A stretch of 64,000 nucleotides of DNA from an uncultured Pontibacter sp. (GTDB lineage: Bacteria > Bacteroidota > Bacteroidia > Cytophagales > Hymenobacteraceae). The stretch spans positions 1,319,523 to 1,383,522 of the forward strand of contig NZ_CANMNI010000001.1 in NCBI RefSeq assembly GCF_947499215.1, given 5' to 3'. A program made the translations under genes and the position numbers. This document shows, in pieces, positions 54,726 to 62,603 of this stretch. Positions within the stretch are counted from its first letter, which is position 1. Each line of letters begins with the position of its first letter. The notes beneath the pieces were generated by a model, which worked only from the letters and a program-made list of their open reading frames with translations, ran no database searches and was not told where the DNA came from.

Positions 54726-54763
54726 ACAAAAAAAGCCGCCACCCCTGAGCGGGGTAGCGGCTT
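54726..54763 (-). terminator. rho-independent terminator (homologous to the one at 50203-50238)
   Basis: aaaaaagccgccacccc-tgag-cggggtagcggctt, with the T-run on the minus strand. Lies 3' of the deoxynucleoside kinase gene. Confidence 0.75.
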
Positions 54764-54790
54764 ATACCTATACGAAACTTTTGTCTTGAT

Positions 54791-55405
54791 TTAAAACAGG
54801 CCGAAAAGTTCGCTGTTTATACGCTCAATAATGCTTCCCAAATCCTCTGGGTTAGCTACAAAGTCCATGTTGTTCACATCGATCACCAGCAGCTTGCCTT
54901 GGTCGTAGTTGCTCATCCAGTTGTTATAATGCTCGTTGAGATTGCGCAGGTAGTTGATGCTGATGCTGTTCTCGTAGTCGCGGTTGCGCTTCTCAATCTG
55001 CCCAATCAGCTTGGGTAGGTCAGCCTTCAGGTAGATCATCAGGTCAGGTGCTTTCACCATGGTAATCATCGACTGGAACAGGGCAAAGTAGTTCTCGTAA
55101 TCCCGCGTGGTCATCAGCCCAGACTGGTGCAGATTTTTGGCGAAGATGTAGGCATCCTCGTAAATCGTGCGGTCCTGAATCACATGCCCGTCCTTGGCCT
55201 GTATCTGCTGCACCTGCCCAAAACGGCTGTTCAGGAAGAACACCTGCAGATGGAAAGCCCAGCGCTCCATGTCCTCGTAGAAATCTTTCAGGTATGGGTT
55301 ATTCTCGACTGCCTCCAAGTATAGGTCCCACTTAAAGTGCTGGGATAGTTTGGTAGCCAAGGTGGTTTTGCCGGCGCCAATGTTGCCGACGATTGCAATG
55401 TGCAT
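54791..55405 (-). CDS. deoxynucleoside kinase
   Basis: 204-aa ORF with P-loop IVGNIGAGKTT and dNK-family DR(T/S)IYED and RxxxRxR-like (IEKRNRDYE) segments. Confidence 0.9.
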   Translation of the reverse strand: MHIAIVGNIGAGKTTLATKLSQHFKWDLYLEAVENNPYLKDFYEDMERWAFHLQVFFLNSRFGQVQQIQAKDGHVIQDRTIYEDAYIFAKNLHQSGLMTTRDYENYFALFQSMITMVKAPDLMIYLKADLPKLIGQIEKRNRDYENSISINYLRNLNEHYNNWMSNYDQGKLLVIDVNNMDFVANPEDLGSIIERINSELFGLF

Positions 55406-55665
55406 GGTAATAGTAAAGTTGGTGAAAAAGCAGGTTACAAAGTAAAGCTTTTTTTGAAGATGATACTGCCTCCACTGACTTCTTCGTGTAGGTTTTTTAT
55501 GCCCCTGTTAGCTACACTTCAGCTTACACACACGTATCCAACTCACTATCAATACTTTGTTTAATTATTTGTTTTTAATTGATGATACAAGCACACCACC
55601 GAGGAAGAAATATTCAAGCGCAAGATTCATCACCCCTAAAGTCCGTACATGCTGACCGGACTTTT

Positions 55666-56040
55666 TCACCTCAGCCGAATCAGCTTCTGCATGTCCTCCA
55701 CCGCATCAGATTCCTCCGTAATTTCCAGCCCCAGCAACGTCTCGACAATGTATTCTCCACACTCACAATGCCAGAAATCACGCCATATTCATCAACCAGC
55801 AATGCAATGTGGTCTTTGCTTTCCATCATGCGGGTGAAAAGCTTCGTCACAGGCCTGTCTTGATGAACCGCTTGTAGAGACCGTTGTAGTTAGGCCGGCT
55901 TTGCTCCCCCTGCCCTTCATTGAGGTTGTGCTGTACCTCACCTTAAGCACGTTGCCGGTGAGATGGTCATTGGCTTTATATTCTATGTAAAACACAGCGC
56001 GCTATAAAGCAACCTCCGGCAGCATTGGCACCGGAAGCAA
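55666..56040 (-). pseudogene. truncated, frameshifted remnant of a CBS/CorC_HlyC-domain (HlyC/CorC-type) transporter gene
   Basis: One minus-strand frame reads ...AVHQDRPVTKLFTRMMESKDHIALLVDEYGVISGIVSVEN. A shifted frame continues IVETLLGLEITEESDAVEDMQKLIRLR*. Together they match the conserved ...H.A.VVDEYG...GIVT.EDI.E..G.I.DE block. Upstream frames are broken by stops and the DUF21 membrane half is absent. Confidence 0.6.
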
Positions 56041-56089
56041 CTCCCTTGCCCCTTCTAGGGACGGGCATAGTGCGAACTGATAATGCTGT

Positions 56090-56266
56090 TTATCTCCTGA
56101 ACATCTTGGCTATAAAATAGATGATCAGCACAATGACGGCGATAATAATTAGAGCAGTCCACATACCGAACTCTAGTATATCGCCTACGAGGTCGCAACC
56201 GGTGAGGGTGAGGGAGAAGAATAGGAAAACAAGGCTGTAGAGCCATTTGAGGGAAACACTTTTCAT
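56090..56266 (-). CDS. possible 58-aa lipoprotein / single-pass membrane protein
   Basis: Below the track cutoff. Hand translation is MKSVSLKWLYSLVFLFFSLTLTGCDLVGDILEFGMWTALIIIAVIVLIIYFIAKMFRR*, with lipobox LTGC and a transmembrane helix. Preferred over the overlapping 92-aa track ORF. Confidence 0.45.
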   Translation of the reverse strand: MKSVSLKWLYSLVFLFFSLTLTGCDLVGDILEFGMWTALIIIAVIVLIIYFIAKMFRR

Positions 56267-56729
56267 AGTTTTGTCTTTTAGTTTTAGCTGGAAGCCGCAT
56301 TTGCCTGTCTGTCAGGTATAACAGCTCCTCCAAATGAAATACCTGTTTTAGGAACTATGGGTTTCGAATGCTTCGACTGTGCCATCCAAAAAGAATAAAA
56401 CTTAACACACTCTCTTCAAGCGTTTTTGTTCACAGAAAGCGGCTTTTACTACAATTCAACTGACCTAGCTGGTATAAGCTTATCCATACTGGCGCATGCC
56501 CTGTAGTTATTGTTGCCATAATTTTTATATGAGGGCTCAGCAGTCGGAAGAACCGCTCCATAAGCAGTGAAAGGGTAAATCAAGCTACATCTCCCGAAAG
56601 CACACACTGAAGATTCATATGGCTTCAGATTGTTTAACTATTCTAGCGTCGCCTCGTTTCTAATAAAATAAGGATGAGTTAGCTTTTAACTCATCTTAGA
56701 AGTCTATCAACTACTTAAAACCTAAAGCT

Positions 56730-56909
56730 ATGACAAAGGGACACAATCAAGACAAAAACAAGTCGCAGCAACAGCCTGAGGCAAAGCATAAAGGCGGTCA
56801 GGAAGGGAACCGTAGCCTGAGCGATCAGCAGAAGAACAAGGACCCGAATCAAGGCCGCAATGAAAAGAAGGATCAGTCTGGCGGCACCAAGGGGCAGAAC
56901 GCCATTTAG
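56730..56909 (+). CDS. 59-aa highly hydrophilic (Lys/Gln/Asn/Gly-rich) protein, hydrophilin-like
   Basis: Below the track cutoff. Hand translation is MTKGHNQDKNKSQQQPEAKHKGGQEGNRSLSDQQKNKDPNQGRNEKKDQSGGTKGQNAI*. Followed 14 nt later by a strong terminator. Confidence 0.5.
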   Translation: MTKGHNQDKNKSQQQPEAKHKGGQEGNRSLSDQQKNKDPNQGRNEKKDQSGGTKGQNAI

Positions 56910-56922
56910 AAAGGTATAAACT

Positions 56923-56972
56923 AAAAACAGCCGGGGCGTGTAGTATTGCAGCTACACGCCCCGGCTGTTTTT
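56923..56972 (+). terminator. rho-independent terminator (18-bp stem)
   Basis: aaaaacagccggggcgtgtag...ctacacgccccggctgttttt. Confidence 0.85.
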
Positions 56973-57001
56973 ATACAGTACGTAAACCCTTCAAGGTATA
57001 C

Positions 57002-57634
57002 CTAACGCTGCTCCCGCATGTGGTTATACCTGTCTTTGGCGTCGCGGCTCTTGCGCAGCGTGTTAAACTCCACTTGTAGGGCGGCCAATTTCATTTTATC
57101 GCTGTTGCTCATTTGGCTGAGCACTTGCTGCTTGCGATCGCTGAGCTGCAGGTATACATGCTCGGCATAGTCCCAGTCACGCAGACTCCAGTCGGAGCGC
57201 TGTGCCCGTACGTTTTCCATGAACCGGATAAAAGTGCTTCGCAATTGGCTGGCTTTTAACTGCCCGATCTTATTTGTGCCAGCTAGGCGACGCTCCCAAG
57301 TGGCAGCCGTTTCGCGGTTAAGCGGCTGCCCGTAGCGCTCTTCCTTCTCGGCTTCCCACTCGTTGTAGCGCCCCTTCAGTTCACCGTACTCCTGCTTCGA
57401 GGCTTCCGTCATTTGGCTGCTGCCCCGTTCCAAGCTTTGCGTCTTGGCTTTAAACTCTTGCTTGATCAGAGGCCATTCAGCCCGTGTTACACTATCACCT
57501 TGGCTCACTCTTTTGTTCATCCAAGTGCGGAAATCTTCGAGGTCCTGCTCCAGTTTCGATTTGGTCTGCGCCTGCGCACTAAGCGTGCACATTACTAAAA
57601 AAAGTGTCAGTGCGGCTAGTAAGGTCTTTTTCAT
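57002..57634 (-). CDS. hypothetical secreted helical protein
   Basis: 210-aa ORF with signal peptide MKKTLLAALTLFLVMCTLSAQAQ and a charged, helix-prone composition. Confidence 0.65.
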   Translation of the reverse strand: MKKTLLAALTLFLVMCTLSAQAQTKSKLEQDLEDFRTWMNKRVSQGDSVTRAEWPLIKQEFKAKTQSLERGSSQMTEASKQEYGELKGRYNEWEAEKEERYGQPLNRETAATWERRLAGTNKIGQLKASQLRSTFIRFMENVRAQRSDWSLRDWDYAEHVYLQLSDRKQQVLSQMSNSDKMKLAALQVEFNTLRKSRDAKDRYNHMREQR

Positions 57635-57876
57635 GGTCTTTGTTTTTTATCGCGGATCGTTTTTCTAACAGTGCTTCTCAATAAATATTATGCCAAAACA
57701 TTTAGTTACCACTATATTTTTAGCGCAATAACTAAACCTATCGAATACCTAATGCATCGAGCGCTATCTTTTTGCGGTGGCTTACGTTTAAAGCATCAAA
57801 GGTAAGCAGGTTTGCCTAAACCGCACTTGGGACTGTGCCACACACGTTCTTCCCCCATCCAAACAATCGAATTTAT

Positions 57877-60315
57877 ATGCGTAAAACAAGGGACAACTTC
57901 CACGAAACCGTTGTTTCTATACCTAACCGGGACGAAATCAAACTGAGCGCCGAGCGCTTCCCATTTAAGGCGACACTCAGCCTGTCGCCGCTTATCTCCT
58001 ACTGGGAGAACAAGATAGAGACTGACCCGAACTGCAATGTGGCCCGTGTAAACGAGCTGGCCAGCCTACTGCGCAAAAACCCTGAGCTACTGGAGCCCAT
58101 CGAAGACGTTTCTATTATAGAAAAACACATCGACACGGTGGACATCCTGATGGAGGACATCTTCCCGAGTGCCCTCTGGGAGAACGACCTGCGCGCCACG
58201 GTGCGACCCTTTCACTTCGACAGCTTTTACTCCACACCCCGCCTTGAGGAGCTCGACCTGCTGGGCGGCGGCAACTATACCGAGAAGCTCAATCTCAACC
58301 TGAAAACGCTTATGTTCAGGCAGACCCTGTCGGCCTATACCCTGATTCTGGAGAAGTTCTACAACGCCAACTTTGTGGTGGACGAGCCTTTTATCTTCAC
58401 CATCAAAGATAAATTCACCAAGCTCGACCGGCACTACAAACTCAGCGTCGACCTGAAATTCATGAAAGTGAAGGCCAAGGGAGAGATCAAGAAACTGAAA
58501 ACGCAGGAGATCAATTTCCTGATAAACCGCTACAATGATCTGGATCTGTGGATGAAGAAGCTGCCACCCGAGAACTTCGAGTTCAGCGGCTTTGCCATTT
58601 ACGACTTCACGGACGTGACCAACGAAGAAACCATTTCCTCGCTACGCTACGACCTGTTGGATCAGGATTCGGTGACAACTCAGGAAGGCTTCGAGGACCT
58701 GCAGCAGAAACTGCGGGTGCTGTTCGGACTGCCCGGCCTGCGCCTCGGCCTTGCCTCCTGCCCCGCACAGCAGGAGCTTGACACCAACTACGCCCGCAAA
58801 ACGTGGAACGGCTTGGTGCTAACCAAGACCTGCCACGTAAAACTGGAAGATCTGAATGATTCTATTTATGCTCCGGTAGTAAGCAGTGGCAATACCATTG
58901 TGGTGGACGACTTGGAGCTGCTGGAAGAGCCGGGTATTTTGGAGAAGGACCTGATCAAGACAGGGGTGCGTAACCTCATCATCGCCCCTTTGCACTATGA
59001 GGGCAAAACCATTGGCATGCTGGAACTGGCCTCGCCTATACCCGGTGAGCTGAACGCCCTGTCCACCATCAAACTTAAGGAAATCCTACCCCTCTTTGCC
59101 CTTGCCCTTAACCGTATGCTGGAGGAGTTGCGCAGCAGCATCCAGAACATCATCAAGGAGAAATACACGGCCATACACCCGATCGTGGAATGGCGCTTCA
59201 CGCAGGCGGCCATCAACCTCCTCGACAAGATGGACCGTAACGTACCAGCAGAGATAGAACCCATCGTGTTCCGCGACATCTACCCGCTTTACGGGGTTTC
59301 CGACATCCGAAGTTCCGCCTCAGAGCGCAACAAGGCCATACAGGGTGACCTGCTCGATCAGCTGGTGCTGGCCAAAGAAGTGATCTTGGCCGCCAAGGAT
59401 AATTTGCCGCTCTCCATACTGGATGAGCTGGTGTACAAAATTGACAAGTACTCGCAGAGCATGGTGCAGGAATTGAGTTCTGGCGATGAAGCAACCGTTC
59501 TGGAGTTTTTACGCACCGAGATAGAACCGCTTTTTAACCACTTTGGCCCAAAATATCCTTCTACACAGAAAGCGATTGAGAATTACCGTAAAGCCACCAA
59601 TAACCCCAACCATGTCGTGTACAACAAGCGACGGGCCTACGAGGAAAGCCTATACCTGATCAACGACACCATCTCGAGGTTTTTGGACCGGGAGGAGGAG
59701 AAGGCGCAGCATATCTTCCCACACTATTTTGAGAAGTACAAGACAGACGGGCTGGAGTATAATATTTACATAGGGGCCTCGCTACTGAACAACGGCCACT
59801 TTGAGGAGATATACCTTAAAAACATGCGTCTGTGGCAGCTCATGCTCACCTGCGAAATCGCACGCCGCATACACAAGCTGCGCGCCAACCTCAAACTTCC
59901 GCTCGAGATTACGCAGCTCATTCTCGTGCATAGCAGCTCGATCTCTATTCGTTTCCGTTTGGATGAGAAGAAGTTTGACGTGGAGGGTGCTGACAATATC
60001 CGCTACGAGATCATCAAGAAGCGCATCGACAAAGCCACCCTGCGCGGTAGCGAAGAGCGTTTGACACAACCCGGCAAAGTAGCCATTGTCTATACCCAGC
60101 CACGCGAGGCGCAGGAATATATGCGCTATATCGACTTTCTGCAGGCAGAAGGCTATGTAGAATCGGAAGTAGAGGACCTAGAATTAGAGGAATTGCAGGG
60201 TGTGCAAGGACTGAAGGCGCTACGCATCAGCGTTAATTTCCAAGAGCAGCTCCGCCACGATATTGATGCCGGCGACGAGCTCCTGCAGATAGCCCGAACA
60301 GCCGCCTTAAACTAA
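57877..60315 (+). CDS. large GAF-domain protein with no recognisable output domain
   Basis: Track ORF starts at GTG 57835, but I prefer ATG 57877 (MRKTRDNF...). The central segment GVRNLIIAPLHYEGKTIGMLELASPIPGELN is GAF-like. The N- and C-terminal ~350-aa regions match nothing I recognise. Confidence 0.75.
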   Translation: MRKTRDNFHETVVSIPNRDEIKLSAERFPFKATLSLSPLISYWENKIETDPNCNVARVNELASLLRKNPELLEPIEDVSIIEKHIDTVDILMEDIFPSALWENDLRATVRPFHFDSFYSTPRLEELDLLGGGNYTEKLNLNLKTLMFRQTLSAYTLILEKFYNANFVVDEPFIFTIKDKFTKLDRHYKLSVDLKFMKVKAKGEIKKLKTQEINFLINRYNDLDLWMKKLPPENFEFSGFAIYDFTDVTNEETISSLRYDLLDQDSVTTQEGFEDLQQKLRVLFGLPGLRLGLASCPAQQELDTNYARKTWNGLVLTKTCHVKLEDLNDSIYAPVVSSGNTIVVDDLELLEEPGILEKDLIKTGVRNLIIAPLHYEGKTIGMLELASPIPGELNALSTIKLKEILPLFALALNRMLEELRSSIQNIIKEKYTAIHPIVEWRFTQAAINLLDKMDRNVPAEIEPIVFRDIYPLYGVSDIRSSASERNKAIQGDLLDQLVLAKEVILAAKDNLPLSILDELVYKIDKYSQSMVQELSSGDEATVLEFLRTEIEPLFNHFGPKYPSTQKAIENYRKATNNPNHVVYNKRRAYEESLYLINDTISRFLDREEEKAQHIFPHYFEKYKTDGLEYNIYIGASLLNNGHFEEIYLKNMRLWQLMLTCEIARRIHKLRANLKLPLEITQLILVHSSSISIRFRLDEKKFDVEGADNIRYEIIKKRIDKATLRGSEERLTQPGKVAIVYTQPREAQEYMRYIDFLQAEGYVESEVEDLELEELQGVQGLKALRISVNFQEQLRHDIDAGDELLQIARTAALN

Positions 60316-60549
60316 AATTGCACTTTTACCTAAACCGAAACTTTTTTTCATACCTCAATCAAATAACAAACACCTAAAAGACAGACACTTATAAACAATA
60401 CCTTGTAGCAGGATTCTCCCAAGCACAGGCTAGTCTTTGATTTTATTTACATAGGTGCAATTTTTTTTGCGTGAAGGGCGTTTTACCTGAGACTGCCGGG
60501 GAAATGCCCCGTGCTGTTTATTTATTTTCACTTTTCAACTTTTAGCCAA

Positions 60550-61350
60550 ATGAAATTGAAAAACAGATTTTTACCCGCCATGCTTGTTTTTGGCGCGGTA
60601 GCGTTCTCCTCTTGCGAGAGAAGCGAACAGGACTCAGCCCAACCGTCGTTTGACCAAGGCACCCTGTCGCATGTGATGATGGACTCTTCGGAGGTTACCT
60701 CTTACCAAGTAGTGGGCCAGTCCTTAAATCAGGTGAACCACTACAACCAGCAAACTGGTGAGGTGGAGAGTTTCGACAAGTATGAGCGCGACAACCAAGG
60801 ACGTCTTCTCAAGAGCACGACCTATGCAGGCAAGGGCCAAGTGGTGCTAGCTGAGCAGCACTTCACCTATAGCGACAAGGGACAGTTGAACAAGTCCGTG
60901 TCGACTTATTTTTCAGGAGGCAAGCCAGAGTACCAGTCTTATGCAACTTATTCTTACAACGCTGACAACAAGCTAGAGAAGAAGTCTGTTTATGCGGGTA
61001 CAGAGGAAGAAGGTGCGTTAAAGTCTTTCACGACTTTCGAAGTGCTGCCAAACGGAAACTACACACAGGAGCAGCAGTTTGTAGTGGATGGAACCGGAAC
61101 GGCCAAGCTTTACTCTACCACCACCAATTCATTCGACTCTAACCCGAACCCATTCCAAGCTTTTGCGGAACCGGGAACGGCCAGCAGCACAAACAACCTC
61201 GTGCGTTCAGCAATGGAGGTGCATAACAGCAAAAAAACCTTCACGCGCACCTTCACTTACGAGTATGGCGAAAACGGCTTGCCGACTAGCCAGACTGTAA
61301 CCCTGCCAAACGGTAAAACACAGAAATTCACTTACGTGTACAGCAACTAA
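60550..61350 (+). CDS. hypothetical lipoprotein
   Basis: Start set at ATG 60550, giving MKLKNRFLPAMLVFGAVAFSSC (lipobox). Confidence 0.65.
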   Translation: MKLKNRFLPAMLVFGAVAFSSCERSEQDSAQPSFDQGTLSHVMMDSSEVTSYQVVGQSLNQVNHYNQQTGEVESFDKYERDNQGRLLKSTTYAGKGQVVLAEQHFTYSDKGQLNKSVSTYFSGGKPEYQSYATYSYNADNKLEKKSVYAGTEEEGALKSFTTFEVLPNGNYTQEQQFVVDGTGTAKLYSTTTNSFDSNPNPFQAFAEPGTASSTNNLVRSAMEVHNSKKTFTRTFTYEYGENGLPTSQTVTLPNGKTQKFTYVYSN

Positions 61351-61370
61351 GTCTGTCACAGAAGCTTGAG

Positions 61371-61414
61371 AGCACCAGCCCCCGAACATAGCCTGTTCGG
61401 GGGCTGGTGCTTTT
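61371..61414 (+). terminator. rho-independent terminator
   Basis: agcaccagcccccgaaca...tgttcgggggctggtgctttt. Confidence 0.85.
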
Positions 61415-61497
61415 ATGGCGATGCATTATTCTCGTTTTTGCACGGAGGTAATGTGCCGTAAAAAAGCTATATTTGTTATTGTACTAAACACGAGACA

Positions 61498-61722
61498 ATG
61501 GCAAAGACTAAAATAACAGTGAACAACAATGGTTCGCTCCGCATTGAGGGCGAATTTGAGATAGTGGACAAGGAGGGCAATGTGTATGGACTCGGCGGTA
61601 GAGAGTTGGTATCCATCTGCCGCTGCGGTTTGTCTAAGAACAAGCCTTTCTGCGACGGCTCCCACAAAGGCCACTTCGAGCATGATGCGCAGGCTTTTGA
61701 CCTGCCTCCTAAAAAACAGTAA
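61498..61722 (+). CDS. CDGSH iron-sulfur domain protein
   Basis: The CRCGLSKNKPFCDGSH motif. Confidence 0.85.
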   Translation: MAKTKITVNNNGSLRIEGEFEIVDKEGNVYGLGGRELVSICRCGLSKNKPFCDGSHKGHFEHDAQAFDLPPKKQ

Positions 61723-61753
61723 CAAGCAGCTTCAATAACACAACCTGTTTACC

Positions 61754-62176
61754 ATGGCAGAGCGCCTGATCACCGTTGCCACCTTCAGCCAGCCCACTGA
61801 AGCCCACATTCTAAAAGGTCGCCTCGAGGCGGAAGGCATTCCCTGTTTTTTAGGGGATGAGCACATTATTGCGGCCCAGCCCCTGTACTCAGTGGCCGTG
61901 GGCGGTGTGAAACTGCAGGTCACGGAAGGAGACGTGGAAGAGGCGCTCGAAATGCTGGCCCGCATACAGGGCGGCACAAGTGAGTACATCCTAGACGATA
62001 ACATCGAACTGGCCTCGCCCACGCAAGTGTATCACGATGTAGAGATCTGCCCCATCTGCGAATCAAAAAATATTTCAACCAAGGGATTCTTCGGAGGTGT
62101 GCTGGGTATAACGCTGCCCTTTGTCAGTCGCCGCTATGGCTGCCACGACTGCGGCTATACTTGGAAAGAAAACTAA
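61754..62176 (+). CDS. DUF2007-like (putative signal-transducing) domain protein with a C-terminal Cys4 zinc-ribbon-like motif
   Basis: The N-terminus LITVATFSQPTEAHILKGRLEAEGIPCFLGDEH is typical of DUF2007. CPICES...CHDCG lies at the C-terminus. Confidence 0.65.
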   Translation: MAERLITVATFSQPTEAHILKGRLEAEGIPCFLGDEHIIAAQPLYSVAVGGVKLQVTEGDVEEALEMLARIQGGTSEYILDDNIELASPTQVYHDVEICPICESKNISTKGFFGGVLGITLPFVSRRYGCHDCGYTWKEN

Positions 62177-62203
62177 AAAAGCGCCCCGTGGGGCGCTTTT
62201 TTT
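62175..62203. terminator. bidirectional rho-independent terminator
   Basis: aaaaaagcgcccc-gt-ggggcgcttttttt, between convergent genes. Confidence 0.85.
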
Positions 62204-62230
62204 ATACCTGCTTTTGTATACCTGCTGGTT

Positions 62231-62482
62231 TTACTTCAGGCTGTTCACCAACTGCACATACTGTGCGCGGGCATCCTCTTGGCTTGTTCCTTCCAGATTC
62301 TTCCAAGCATCCCATTTGGCTATGTTTTTAAAATCGAAACCACCCGGGCGCTCCGTATTCACATCACCTTCCGTGGCCTGCTTGTACAAACTGTAAAGCT
62401 GCAGCAAAATGTTGTTCGACGGACGCTCCGTTAGTTGCTTGGACTGCACTACCGCCTGCTCAAATTCTTCTTGTGTTGCCAT
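62231..62482 (-). CDS. acyl-CoA-binding protein (ACBP)
   Basis: Start set at ATG 62480-62482. LQLYSLYKQATEGD ... KWDAW are the hallmark ACBP motifs. Confidence 0.85.
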   Translation of the reverse strand: MATQEEFEQAVVQSKQLTERPSNNILLQLYSLYKQATEGDVNTERPGGFDFKNIAKWDAWKNLEGTSQEDARAQYVQLVNSLK

Positions 62483-62603
62483 AGTTCTTCTATTGTTGTT
62501 TTGCTGTAACAAGGTATAAAAAAACACGCTGCATGCATAACTTTTATTTAATTAAATGTTTGCTGGATTTTGTTTATTTTAGATCGATCAATTGATACAC
62601 ACT

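Noticed and set aside
56055-56333. 92-aa minus-strand track ORF.
   Set aside because: It is an Arg/Pro/Tyr/His-rich product with no features. An alternative 58-aa frame in the same region gives a textbook lipobox plus a transmembrane helix.
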